Position numbers and translations under genes: made by a program. A DNA stretch of 64,000 bases, the filler included, from Octopus bimaculoides (lineage: Eukaryota): assembly GCF_001194135.2 (NCBI RefSeq). It is 9 parts of 8 records of this genome, joined end to end, with 100 filler letters (N's around TTAATTAATTAA, not from the genome) between each part and the next. Parts side by side here need not be neighbours in the genome. Positions count along the whole stretch, not along the records: positions 1 to 9,533 come from NC_069008.1; positions 9,634 to 25,355 come from NC_068996.1; 7 more parts are not named here. One strand, given 5' to 3'. How positions within the stretch are numbered: position 1 is the first letter of the stretch; each line of letters begins with the position of its first letter. The notes below the pieces were generated by a model. That model did not search any database and was not told the DNA's origin. It saw nothing but the letters and a program-made list of their open reading frames with translations. Of the stretch, positions 1 to 12,540 are shown piece by piece.

Positions 1-2
1 AG

Positions 3-229
3 ATGGTGCTTTTTATGTGCCACCAGCATGGGAGCCAGTCTAGTGGTACTGGGATCGACCACGTTCGAATGGTGCTTTTTACATGTCACTGGCACGGGAG
101 TCAGTCAGGGGGCACTGGTATCGACCACATTCGGATGGTGCTTTTTATGTGCCACCAGCATGGGAGCCAGTCAGGTGGTACTGGCATCGATCATGTTCAA
201 ATGGTGCTTTTTCTGTGCCGCTGGCACTG
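3..229 (+). repeat. 66-bp minisatellite, about 3.4 units, possibly continuing left of the window
   Basis: Units start ATGGTGCTTTTT at 3, 69, 135 and 201; each reads as a 22-aa variant of MVLFMCHQHGSQSSGTGIDHVR. Confidence 0.9.
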
Positions 230-465
230 TTAATTTGCTACTTCGGTCTGGATTAGTTAATCCTTCAGTATTTAAACTTGCCATATATGGCTTAAACATT
301 CTAAATCTTTTATGTTCAAGCGAAACAGATCCAGTCTATCAGATTTACCTTACAATGTAATTCTAAAAATAAACAATCGCATCATTGAAATCTCGCAGCT
401 GTGAGAAAAACAGGATTCATTCAAAACAAAAAGAAAAAAATAAGCATTGTGTTCAACAAAGTAAT

Positions 466-582
466 CATCAACATCATCATCATCATCATCATCATTGAAC
501 ATCCGTGTTCCATGCAGACATGGGTTGGAGAGTTTGACAAGAGCTGGCAAGCCAGAGGGCTGCACCAGGCTCCAGCCATCTA
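466..582 (-). mobile_element. 3' fragment of a dispersed retro-repeat with (GAT)n tail
   Basis: (CAT)n followed by CATGGGTTGGAGAGTTTGACAAGAGCTGGC; related copies at 890-1056, 3165-3300 and 39620-39790. Confidence 0.65.
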
Positions 583-630
583 TCTTGGCATGGTTTTTGA
601 CAAAGGATTGATTTACTTATTAGTTGTATT

Positions 631-834
631 TTAAACTCTTTAGCATCTAAACAGGACATATCTATGAACCAGCCAGATCTCGCTTCTCACACTAAACACT
701 CACTCTGCAATATCATTCTAAAAATAAACAAAAATATCATCTCAAATCCGAGATAAGGCACGATTAATTTTTTAAAATATGGGGAAAAAATAAGCATTAC
801 ATTTGACAGAGTTATCTGAATGCTAAAGGGTTAA
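631..834. mobile_element. piggyBac-like MITE
   Basis: TTAA at 631-634 and 831-834; termini ACTCTTTAGCAT and ATGCTAAAGGG are imperfect TIRs; partial copies near 267-410 and 2583-2716. Confidence 0.75.
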
Positions 835-889
835 ACACAGTTTTGTGAAATTTATCTTTGTTCGATTCTGTCAAGCCTTGATAAAGAAA

Positions 890-1056
890 CACTCATCATC
901 ATCATTATCATCATTTAACATCCCTATTTCTTCACTCGCAAGGGCTGGATGGTTTGATATGAAGTGATGAGCCAGAGGGCAGCACCATGCTCCAGTCGCT
1001 GCTTTGGCATGATTTCTACACAGCTGGATGCCCTTCACAATGCCAATCACTTCACA
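890..1056 (-). mobile_element. 3' fragment of the (GAT)n-tailed retro-repeat
   Basis: (CAT)n start, CAGAGGGCAGCACCATGCTCCAGTC and CAGCTGGATGCCCTTC motifs shared with 466-582 and 3165-3300. Confidence 0.65.
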
Positions 1057-1415
1057 GTGGTAAGTAGCTTGCTCACCAACCACATGGTTCTGGGTTCATT
1101 CCCACAGCGTGGCACCTTGGGCAAGAGTCTTCTACTATAGCCTCGGGCCGACCAAAGCCTTGTGAGTGGATTTGGTAGATGGAAACTGAAAGAAGCCCAT
1201 CGTATGTACATGTTTGTGTGTCTGTGTTTGTCCCCGCAACATCGCTTGACAACCGATGGTGGTGTGTTTACATCCCCGTAATTTAGTGGTTCAGCAAAAG
1301 AGACCGATAGAATAAGTACTAGGCTTCCAAAGAATAAGTCCTGGGGTCGATTTGCTCGACTAAAGGCGCTGTTCCAGCATGGCCACAGTCAAGTAACTGA
1401 AACAAGTAAAAGAGA
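1057..1415 (+). mobile_element. SINE family A (tRNA-derived head), 5'-clipped
   Basis: GGTAAGTAGCTTGC head, B-box-like GGTTCATTCC, central (TG)n, tail GAAACAAGTAAAAGAG; more than 12 related copies in the window. Confidence 0.9.
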
Positions 1416-2713
1416 GTGTACTAGGTGCTTTTTATTTTTATTTTTGACACCAGCACTAATGAAGTCACCAAGACAAGAAGACCCCTCGACTGAGTTGGGG
1501 ACAGTATTGAGAAACACATCATATTAGGGACAAAGAACAAAAAACAGGAACATTTGGCAGTTCAAAAGGTCTGCTCCATAACAACTGAGTTGTGAGGCTA
1601 CACAGCAGAAACAATATGGAAATCTTTGTCTTCCCGAAAAAGCTATCCCAGTTTTTCAGAGGAAAAAGCTTGCTTTCTTTCTTTGAGACCAGAAAAATAT
1701 TTCAACAGATGTCACACACACACACACACACACACACATATCTATATAATAAATATACATATGCATGCACACACACACACACAATGTTGACATTTTAAAT
1801 CTTTCAAAAAAAATGCCTCCTGATACTCCCTGCCCCACTCCCCTCTCCCATACACTCACTACCATCACCTCTTCCCTCCCCCGCAGAAATGAGCAGAAGT
1901 AGAAAAGAACAGTATATTCTCAGGAATACTGCCAACATAATTTTCGAACTGCTTTAAAATGCCAACATGAACAAAAAAAAGAAAAAAAAAAAAGTACGAC
2001 AAAAAAAACGTTTCTTGGATAATAACTCGTTGGGTACAAGCATAGCTGTGAGGTGAAATTAAGAGGTTTGTTTTGCAGTTGTGTCTGTCGATTCCAGGAT
2101 CTAGTCCACTATGCGTCACTATGAGCAAGTGTCTTTTTTTTTTATTAAAAGCCTTGATATTAACCAGTATTTTGTGAGTGAAATCTGATACATGGAAACT
2201 GTGCAGAAGCTCATTGTATGTGTGTTTATATGATTATCGTGGGGTGAACAAGAGAAATTGCTACATCGTTCACGTCTGTCAAATACGAGGGTCAGTTTAA
2301 CATTGCTATGAAGCAACCTAGATGTGAACAGAATTATTATAAAAGAAAGATAAGACTTCGCTTATCATCATTCCAGAAGATAATAAATAAACCTGTCAAG
2401 TAATAGAATTGATTTAATATTCCTTCTGGGGCCAATAAAGTAAAATACCAATCAAATATCAAGAGTCCATTTAATATCCCTATAAAGCAGTGGTTTTCAA
2501 GAAAGGTCCATATAAGGATTTTATCGTTAAAATTCATGCGCAACATATTTTAAAAATTATTTTTATACAATTCTTAATAATATTTAATCCTTTTACATTC
2601 AGATTACCCTGTCAAACATATTGCTTACTTATTCAAATTGGTTTGAATTAATCATATATTATCTCATAGCTTCGAGATTTCAATGATGTGATTGTATATT
2701 TTTAGAATGACAT

Positions 2714-3095
2714 TGTTTGTTTGTTTTTGGCACTCAGTCGCTTACGACGTCGAGGGTTCCAGTCGATCCAATCAACGGAACAGCCTGCTCGTGAAATTAA
2801 CATGCAAGTGGCTGAGCACTCCACAGACACGTGTACCCTTAACATAGTCCTCGGGGACATTCAGCGTGACAAGGCTGACCCTTTGAATTACAGGCACAAC
2901 AGAAACAGGAAGTAAGAGTGAGAGAAAGTTGTGGTGGAAGAGTACAGCAGGGTTCGCCACCACCCCGTGCCAGAGCCTCGTGGAGCTTTTAGGTGTTTTC
3001 GCTCAGTAAACACTCACAACGCCCGGTCTGGGAATCGAAACCGCGATCCTATGACCGCGACTCCGCTGCCCTAACCACTGGGCCATTGCGCCTCC
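2714..3095 (-). mobile_element. SINE family B, near full length
   Basis: Minus-strand head GGAGGCGCAATGGCCCAGTGGTTAGGG (A box) and GGTTTCGATTCC (B box); (ACAA)n tail; body matches 28915-29220. Confidence 0.9.
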
Positions 3096-3164
3096 ACAAC
3101 TGGGATCAATTTAACATCCTAATAAAGCATCCTAAATGTGAATAGAATTTTAATAGAAGACTGA

Positions 3165-3300
3165 AGTGGTAGGTGTTAGGAAGGGCATCCAGCTTTAAAA
3201 ACCCTGCCAAAACAGACACAAGTTTTAGCCCCTGCCCGGCCAGCTCCTGTCAAACTATCCAACCCATACCAGCATGGAAGGCGAGTGTATGATGATGTAT
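3165..3300 (+). mobile_element. 3' fragment of the (GAT)n-tailed retro-repeat
   Basis: GTGTTAGGAAGGGCATCCAGC..CCAACCCATACCAGCATGGAA..GATGATG. Confidence 0.65.
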
Positions 3301-3524
3301 GATAACTAAAGCTTCATGTCGTCCTTCTGGGGTTGATCAAAAAAAGTACCAGGTAAATACTGGGGATGATTTAATAGTGCTACAGAGCATTCTGAATGTG
3401 AATGAAATTCTAATAGAAAACGAAAACCTTTAGTACTTGGCTTTCCAAGGTCAATAAAATATAATACCAGCTGAATACTGGGGTTGATGTAACACTGCTG
3501 TGAAGCATATCCTATATGAGAAGT

Positions 3525-3790
3525 GGAGGCATGTACATGGTTTAGTTGTTAGGGTGTTGGACTCCTGACAGTAAGATTGTGGTTTCCAATCCTGGGCCGA
3601 ACGATGCATTGTGTTCTTGAGCAAAACACTTCATTTCACGTTGCTTCAGTCCATTCAGCTGGAAAAAATAAGTATTCCTGTGACAGACCAGCGTCCTATC
3701 CAGTGGGAAACACATGCTCCACAGAAACCAGGAAAACAGTGCTGCGAGTCTGTACGACTTGGGCAGGATCTTTCACCTACATGAGAAAGG
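3525..3790 (+). mobile_element. SINE family D (tRNA-derived head)
   Basis: TGGTTTAGTTGTTAGGG A-box-like and GGTTTCCAATCC B-box-like; matches 39040-39242 on the opposite strand. Confidence 0.8.
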
Positions 3791-3848
3791 ATTTATAACA
3801 GAAGACTTTCACTGATCCTTCTGAGACCAATAAAATTTAAAAGTACCA

Positions 3849-4518
3849 GTTAAATATTGGGGTTGATTTGACACTGTCATGAAGAATCCTGCATGAGAAT
3901 GGCATTAAGACGTTTTCATCCTTATGGGAGCAATAAAATAAATAAACCTAGTACCATTTAAATACTGGAGTTGATTTAACCCTTTTTAAAACTATATTTC
4001 TGCTGAGATGCTCTGTGTTTCTTTCAATTAATTTTAAATATAACAAAGAATTTAGTAAAATAACTTTGTTATCATTAAGCTAGTGTTAGGAACATAAATT
4101 GTGACTAAGGTTTGGTGGTAGGTACTAGGTTTGCTACATCTTGAAGTGAGGGGTGGGGGAACGGAAAGAAAAATTCACNNNNNNNNNNGTTAAATATTGG
4201 GGTTGATTTGACACTGTCATGAAGAATCCTGCATGAGAATGGCATTAAGACGTTTTCATCCTTATGGGAGCAATAAAATAAATAAACCTAGTACCATTTA
4301 AATACTGGAGTTGATTTAACCCTTTTTAAAACTATATTTCTGCTGAGATGCTCTGTGTTTCTTTCAATTAATTTTAAATATAACAAAGAATTTAGTAAAA
4401 TAACTTTGTTATCATTAAGCTAGTGTTAGGAACATAAATTGTGACTAAGGTTTGGTGGTAGGTACTAGGTTTGCTACATCTTGAAGTGAGGGGTGGGGGA
4501 ACGGAAAGAAAAATTCAC
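3849..4518. other. Probable assembly artefact: identical 330-bp duplication across a 10-N gap
   Basis: 3849-4178 matches 4189-4518 with no difference seen; separated only by N at 4179-4188. Confidence 0.85.
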
Positions 4519-4874
4519 CAGATGGCATTGGAATATAACTGAAATGTGACTAACCTCCAATATTGATCACATACATGAAGTAAAAAAAGTAGAACAAGAA
4601 ATCTCGTATTTCATAAGAAAAATATGTGAAAATCCTGTCAAAACTTGCAGGCAGAGAAATAAGGATAAAATTGCATTCAAATATGTTAAAATGATATGAA
4701 TATCAAAGCATCACTTCTATAATTCATACATCAACATTTCACTCTCCTCTTTCTCATTTTCTTTTCTGTTTTCTTTTTTTTTTTTTTCAATGGAGGCAGT
4801 TGCACAACAGGGAGCTTTCATTTCAGCTAACACATGGCAACATATTTTTCCCCACCTCTTTGAGACTATGTCTT

Positions 4875-4932
<58 letters not shown>

Positions 4933-5270
4933 AAAAACCACCGTTGCAAAAGCTAAACTTTCTCTTGAGAGCAAGAAAATAATTAAACCCTAACCAGTAA
5001 ATGATCCACCACCAAGCGCACTGAAGTACATGAATATTTCAAACTAATGTTGACACTGCTGCACAGTCGCTAAACCAGCTAAATACAGCAGCCAAGTTCC
5101 CTCAAATTACGCTCGTACTCATCATCGTTTAATCTTCTGGCATTTAATCTGTCCATATCTGGCCTAATCTGTCCATATCTGGCCTAAATATGCTAACAGT
5201 GTTAAGCTCTAGCAGAGAGATCCAGTTTATCAGGCTCACTTTTCAATGCCGTTATAAAATATATACAATA

Positions 5271-5417
5271 GGCGTAGGAGTGGCTGTGTGGTAAGTAGCT
5301 TGCTTACCGACCACATGGTTCCGGGTTCATTCCCACTGCGTGGTACCTTGGGCAAGTGTCTTCTACTATAGCCTCGGTGGGGGGGCGATCAAAGCTTCTT
5401 ACCACACAGCCACATCT
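5271..5417 (+). mobile_element. SINE A head followed by an inverted head fragment
   Basis: GTGGCTGTGTGGTAAGTAGCTT (5280-5301) is nearly complementary to AAGCTTCTTACCACACAGCCAC (5392-5413). Confidence 0.75.
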
Positions 5418-6007
5418 TTAATTCTTTTTTAGTAATGCAGCTTAATACAATTCTCTAGGACCTCCGCATTTGTCATATTTAGACGTGGCTGTTATTCCTA
5501 GCTGGTTGAGTGACCACCACACAGAGCAGTCATGGATGGGACGAGATAAGATGTTCTGAATGGAATGCCTAACAAAACGGTACCTTGAATCTTTTTTTAG
5601 CAATGCAGCTTTGTATGATGAGCTATTTCTCAAGTAGCCCTGCTTCTTGAAAAACTTTGCCTATGTCCGACCTAGAAGCTCTCTCTCCCTCTCTCTCTTT
5701 CATGAAGAACTTGTTAAATACAAATGTTGGATGGATACGTGATGCATGAGAGGGAAGAGTGTGAGATGAAAAGGATGCAAAATTTTCTTTGTCTTCTTCA
5801 TTTTTTTTTTCTTTTTCTTTTTTGAAATGTCAGTTTTTAAATGAACGTTGCAAATTCATAAGACATATATTTAAATTCCTTCGAATGTTAGTCGGGGTAG
5901 TTGTTATTGTCGTTCATAATCTTTGTGAAAAATGTGGAAACATCTTCGATGATTAAATATTTTAATTGGACCAATGCATGATATTCATTCGTTCAAAATA
6001 TTCATTG

Positions 6008-6055
<48 letters not shown>

Positions 6056-6078
6056 CTCTCAGACACACTGACATAGTT

Positions 6079-6117
<39 letters not shown>

Positions 6118-6796
6118 CACACACACACACACACTTTCTCAGACACATAGACCTACTTTCTCTCTCACACATACACAATCTCACAAAAAGAGATACATTC
6201 TTATACACATACACTTATAGTCTCTCTGCCAAGTACACACGTGCATACACAATCTCTTTTTCTCTCACTTCTCTCAAATGCATATACACACACTCTTTCT
6301 CTCTCTCTCTCACACACACATGTATGCATGCAAACACTCATGCACAGAGAGGCAAAATAGACGAGAGTTAGAGTGAAAGCAGAGACTGAATGTGTGAGTG
6401 CGTGATCGAGAGTGTGAAAATCTCAGACATTTTTTTTTTCTTTCCTTTTGTTGAACAAAGAATGAAAAAAAAAAAGTATTAAGAATGAAAGCCAATGAAT
6501 GATTTTTTAAAGATAAATTGTTAATTCCTATCATTTTTCTTGACCCAAATTACTGAACAAAATAAACGATCACTGATGATGGTGGTGGTGGTGGTGGTGG
6601 TGGCAACGGTGAAGGGATAGGAATGATGATGATGATGGTGTCTTGTAGCAGCAACAACATGCTAGGATTATAAATATGGAGCAAGGAAGGGGAGTAAAGA
6701 GAAGAGGAGTGAGGGAAAGAGAGAGAGAGAGAGGGGATGGAGAAAAAGATGGGGGAGGAACGGGACAAGAGAGGCTGATGAAAAAAGTTTTGTGGG

Positions 6797-7131
6797 TTTA
6801 CTCTTTTACTCTTACTTGTTTCAGTCATTTGACTGCGGCCATGCTGGAGCACCNNNNNNNNNNNNNNNNNNNNNNNNNNNNNNNNNNNNNNNNNNNNNNN
6901 NNNNNNNNNNNNNNNNNNNNNNNNNNNNNNNNNNNNNNNNNNNNNNNNNNNNNNNNNNNNNNNNNNNNNNNNNNNNNNNNNNNNNNNNNNNNNNNNNNNN
7001 NNNNNNNNNNNNNNNNNNNNNNNNNNNNNNNNNNNNNNNNNNNNNNNNNCCCCAAGATGCCACACAGTGGGATTGAACCCGGAACCATGTGGTTGGTAAG
7101 CAAGCTACTTACCACACAGCCACTCCTGCGC
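6797..7131 (-). mobile_element. SINE A spanning an N gap
   Basis: Tail motif at 6797-6853 and head motif at 7051-7131 on either side of the gap. Confidence 0.8.
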
Positions 7132-7359
7132 CTATTTGTTGTTTTTTTTTGAGTGGTGCGGTCTTTAAGGAAACAATGAGAAAATAGATGTAGATTTGGT
7201 TGTTATTTCTAGCAGGGCTGTGGAGTTGAGACAAAAGACTTTGACTCTGATTCCTCTATGTAATTAAGTGATTGTGGTCTGTTTTACTGACTCCGACTCC
7301 AGCTACCCTGTAACTGTTTCTGACTCGGACGCTACAGCCTTGATTTCCAGAGCAGGTTG

Positions 7360-7750
7360 GGGGTCTCCCTTGCTGGCACATACAAATGTATTTACATACA
7401 TATGACAGTAGGGCATGATTTGAGGTAGATTTAGACCACTTACAAACACATATATACACACACACAAAAGACAGTAGGATGTGATTTGGAGATTTGACTG
7501 TTGTTTCTAGCATGTCTAGCTACTAGGTAGAGGTCTCCCTTGTTAGCCCATACAAACATATATACATACATACATACAATATGGTATGACTTGAGAGGAA
7601 ATTTCACTTATTTCTAACAGGACTCGCTACCATGCAGATGTCTCCCTCGTTGGCCCATCCATACATATAAGCAAACATTGTATGATTTAAAATGACACTT
7701 GGCTGTTATTGCTAGCTGGTCCAGCTACCATGTGAATAGATCTCTCTCGG
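7360..7750. repeat. Tandem array (about 110-bp units) of a dispersed repeat segment
   Basis: Repeated GTCTCCCTyGTT.GCCCATAC-(microsatellite)-ATGATTTGAG..GGCTGTTATTTCTAGC; dispersed relatives near 5480-5640, 28680, 52280 and 53900-54060. Confidence 0.6.
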
Positions 7751-7874
7751 TGATCCAAACTCCTAAGAGTTCATTCACTGCAAGTAATAATAAAGACACC
7801 AAACCAAACCAAACCAAAACAAACAAGATATTGAAATAGCAACACCTATCACTCTACAAAGGAAAGAAAAAAAA

Positions 7875-8291
7875 AGTCTCTGATTTAGGCACAAGGCCAA
7901 CAATTGCAAGGGGAAGGGTGAAGTTGATTACATCAACCCAACCCTCAGTATGTGACTGGTACTTATTTTACTGCCTCCTCACCCCTGAAACAGACGAAAG
8001 GCAAATTTGGCCTTGGTAGGATTTGAAGACGAAATGTAAAGAGCTGGAAAAAACTCTGTTAAGGATTCTGTCCAATGCAGAGACGATTCAGCGAGCTTGT
8101 TGCCTCAGTAATAATAGTAATAATAATGGTCTCAAGTTTTGCACAAGGCCAGCAAATTTCAACCCCAATACTCACACTTTATCGACCCCTGAAAGGCAAA
8201 GTCAACCTCAGAGGAATTTGAACCGAGTGTAAAGATAGATGAAATGTTAAGTATTTTGACTGGCATGCTAACAAATTTGCTAGCTCACTGC

Positions 8292-8325
<34 letters not shown>

Positions 8326-8542
8326 GCTTCAAATTTTGCCCCAAGGGCAGAAGTTTAGGGGAAGGGTAAGTTGATTACATTGACCCCTGCGCTCAATGGG
8401 TACTTATTCTATCGACCCCGAAAGGATGAAAGGCAAAATTGACCTCAGCGAAATTTGAACTCAGAATGTAAAGACAGATGAAATGCCCCAAACCACCAAA
8501 GCATTTTGCCCAGCGTGCTACCGGTTCTGTCAGCTCACCACC

Positions 8543-8578
<36 letters not shown>

Positions 8579-8785
8579 GTTTCAAATTCTGGCAAAGGCC
8601 AGCAAGTTCGGAGGAGAGGATAAGTTGATTACATCAACCCCTAGTGTTCAACTGGTACTTAGTTTATTGACCCTGAAAGGATGAAAGGCAAAGTTGACCT
8701 CGGTGGAATTTGAACTCAGAACATAAAGATGGCTGAAATACTGCTAAGCATTTTGCCCAGCGTGCTAACGGTTCTGCCAGCTCCA
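7875..8785 (-). mobile_element. Four head-to-tail SINE E copies separated by (AAT)n
   Basis: Each copy has GAAAGGCAAAGTTGACCTC..GAATTTGAACTCAG (B box on minus strand) and an A-box-like head; (ATT)n tails on the sense strand. Confidence 0.9.
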
Positions 8786-9577
8786 ATAATAATATCTGCA
8801 AGGAAGAAGTGGAAGTAACACACACATACACACACACATATATACATACATATATACATACATACACACATACATACACATAGTGTGTGTGTGTACACAT
8901 TTATGATAGTTGAGGCGTAGGTCTGTCTGTCAGTAAATTGCAGGAAAAATGAAATGAATGTGAGTCAGTGGATGCTCAGGTGACAGACAGCTTTGTAGAG
9001 GAAGTGGATGCTATTAGAGGTATTATGTGTACAGAATGCACCATGGGGTAGATGATGGATGTGTGATTGAAGGAGACCCAGCAGATTCAACTCCCTTCAG
9101 CTACAATGGTGCTGGGTTCTCAACTCAATGTTATGACTTTTTTTTTCTTTCTTTCTTTTTTTTCTAAATTTTTGGTAGCATCCCTGGCACACATGAAATG
9201 TTAAAAAAAAAAGTTTAAATTTTAATTTTAAAAATATATACACAAAAAAAATATATTGCCTATGTTGTTTCATTAACCATACTTTTTTTGTATAACAAAA
9301 ACAACCTTTTTTTCTTTTACCTTTTCTTCCACCCCTGCCACCACCACCCACTCCCAAGAGATGCTCAAGCTTTAAATATTGATTTTTCTAAAACCTCTGA
9401 ATTGTATTTTTAAAGAAACATGCAGTGCAACTGGATACCCCTTGGGGTGCACTGTTTCAAACCCACTAACCTATCTTGCAACGCGCCAGTTTCAGAACCA
9501 CTGATCTGCAGCGACACCAGCACATGCACACAANNNNNNNNNNNNNNNNNNNNNNNNNNNNNNNNNNNNNNNNNNNN

Positions 9578-9589
9578 TTAATTAATTAA
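9578..9589. other. Artificial six-frame-stop scaffold linker TTAATTAATTAA
   Basis: Sits between two N runs; also at 25400, 36875, 45234, 50393, 55532, 61332 and 62908. Confidence 0.95.
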
Positions 9590-9635
9590 NNNNNNNNNNN
9601 NNNNNNNNNNNNNNNNNNNNNNNNNNNNNNNNNAA

Positions 9636-9704
<69 letters not shown>

Positions 9705-10066
9705 GAGAGGGAGAGAGAGATAGAGAAAGAGAGAGTGGGGGAGCTGACAGATGGAGACAGTGACAGTTATGCAAGAGAGTCTGACAAAAACTGTGTATAT
9801 GTCTATCTACGAAAATGCAAGGTATATGTGAGAGACTGAAAAGGAGGAACAAAAGTACTGACAAATGTGCAATGGAGAGAGAGGGGGAAGAGAGGGGGAA
9901 GAGAGGGGTAATGCGAGAAAAATAGAACAGAAGAAACTGTAAGAGATAAAACAATGAGTGTGTGTATATATAATATATAATATATATATAAACACATACA
10001 TACATGCATGCATACATAATACATACATATATATATATACACATACATGCATGCATACATTGAGAC

Positions 10067-10121
<55 letters not shown>

Positions 10122-10852
10122 NNNNNNNNNNNNNNNNNNNNNNNNNNNNNNNNNNNNNNNNNNNNNNNNNNNNNNNNNNNNNNNNNNNNNNNNNNNNNNN
10201 NNNNNNNNNNNNNNNNNNNNNNNNNNNNNNNNNNNNNNNNNNNNNNNNNNNNNNNNNNNNNNNNNNNNNNNNNNNNNNNNNNNNNNNNNNNNNNNNNNNN
10301 NNNNNNNNNNNNNNNNNNNNNNNNNNNNNNNNNNNNNNNNNNNNNNNNNNNNNNNNNNNNNNNNNNNNNNNNNNNNNNNNNNNNNNNNNNNNNNNNNNNN
10401 NNNNNNNNNNNNNNNNNNNNNNNNNNNNNNNNNNNNNNNNNNNNNNNNNNNNNNNNNNNNNNNNNNNNNNNNNNNNNNNNNNNNNNNNNNNNNNNNNNNN
10501 NNNNNNNNNNNNNNNNNNNNNNNNNNNNNNNNNNNNNNNNNNNNNNNNNNNNNNNNNNNNNNNNNNNNNNNNNNNNNNNNNNNNNNNNNNNNNNNNNNNN
10601 NNNNNNNNNNNNNNNNNNNNNNNNNNNNNNNNNNNNNNNNNNNNNNNNNNNNCCTCTATAGAACGCCTTTGTTGTAATGAAGTCACACAAGTTTGGTCCC
10701 GGACGGCAGAGTTGCTTGAGAGCAACGTGACATTCGCGGTGCCATTCGCCTAGCCTCGATCTCTGTTTGATCCACGACTGCAGTTTGGTCAAGGAGACGA
10801 GCTGCGGGAAAGCGCGCTGCAGAAACGGCGACCACACCTGTTAGATTGATAG

Positions 10853-10854
10853 TC

Positions 10855-10918
<64 letters not shown>

Positions 10919-10920
10919 GA
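10853..10920. repeat. (GATA)n microsatellite
   Basis: Direct reading. Confidence 0.95.
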
Positions 10921-10977
10921 TATATAATATAAATATATGAGTGTGTGTACGTATGTATGTGTATGGGTACGAGTGTC

Positions 10978-11145
10978 CCAGTTATGACTTTAAACTGCAT
11001 TTCTCTGATGGGTCCTGGTTAGGTAGTTCCAGTGTTTCGATGTGTATGGACCCACCTCTTAGTCACATTTGTTCCCAGGTCTACTCTGACCTGGAATAGT
11101 AGAACCTCTCAAGATCTCAGCTTTGGGTTAACTAGCATATGAGCG
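10978..11145 (-). mobile_element. Unclassified dispersed repeat, probable retroelement 3' end
   Basis: ATGACTTTAAACTGCAT..CCCAGGTCTACTCTGACCTGG..TGGGTTAACTA shared with 22495-22615 and, reversed, 46822-46942. Confidence 0.6.
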
Positions 11146-11435
11146 CCAAGTTGATGTCCGAGGGTATAGTAGGAATAAGAGAGCACTGGTCTTTGTCAAG
11201 TCATCCCTATAAGATAAGGGTAACTTGTATATAAAACCCGTTGGGCTGCTGAGCTGGATATCTTTTACCGTGTTTGTCTCTTGGCTTCTTTGGTATTGCT
11301 AGTGAGAGCTGTTGTGGTGTTGTACAAGCCGCACTACACCTTAAACCCTTGCACTATCTGTAAGTGATGGTTATGCTAGCCAAGCGAATAGACAGCCATT
11401 ACATATGTACGTACGTACGTATGTATGTATGTATG

Positions 11436-11466
<31 letters not shown>

Positions 11467-12450
11467 TGTATGTATGTATGTATTTTTTTATGTATGTTAT
11501 GTATGTATGTATGTATGTATGTATGTATGTATGCATGTAAGTATGTGTGTGTATATATTTGTGTGTGTACGAGTGTATGTACATATTCATAAAAAGATTC
11601 ATGTAGAAAAATTATTCTTACAATACATAAATATTCAGTCTTCCTACACTAGCATCAAAGTATTAGGCATACGCGAATCTAAATGCACACACACGCGCGC
11701 GCTCGCACATATAATGCGTATATATATATACATGTATATGTGTATATATATGTATATATATATATATTGAATACATACATATATATATTGCATGTATGCA
11801 TACACACACACGCATACATGCACACGCACACACACACAAACACACACACACACACACACACATGAAATAAATGCAGACACACTGACGCAGATACACGGAG
11901 ACAATTCACGATCAAGAAAATTATACCAAAACTTTAATATAACAAAAGAACGATATATATACATTTACAAGTATATATAGAAACACAAGCGCACCCCACC
12001 TACGTATATACATACACACACATATACATANNNNNNNNNNNNNNNNNNNNNNNNNNNNNNNNNNNNNNNNNNNNNNNNNNNNNNNNNNNNNNNNNNNNNN
12101 NNNNNNNNNNNNTATATATATATACATGTGTACCCACATTCATACTTACATATATGTACATTGAATGGAAATATTTCCTTAGTAATTTGATGCATGCGAA
12201 AATGTTTAACTCAACAAATTAAATCTCACGTATAAGTGTGTATGTGTATGTGTGTGCGTGCGTGTACACACATGCGCGTGCGCATATATATAAACATATT
12301 TGTACTGTGTATTTTGGTTAAAAAATAGCCCGTAACGCGCGTTTAAGAGCTTCTATGCTGCTGTTCGGTTACCACATGTTATTATATCTCAGGGTATCTC
12401 TGGGTATAGGTATACATGCTGACCGTTCTGCTTTGGATTAATATAATAAC

Positions 12451-12540
<90 letters not shown>

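Larger units (their letters stand above)
2390..3980 (+). repeat. Degenerate tandem array (about 120-bp unit) related to the internal part of SINE E, interrupted by insertions
   Basis: Recurring TCCTTCTGGGG..AATAAAAT..TACCAG..AAATACTGGGGTTGATTTAAC near 2420, 3320, 3440, 3820 and 3930. Confidence 0.6.
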
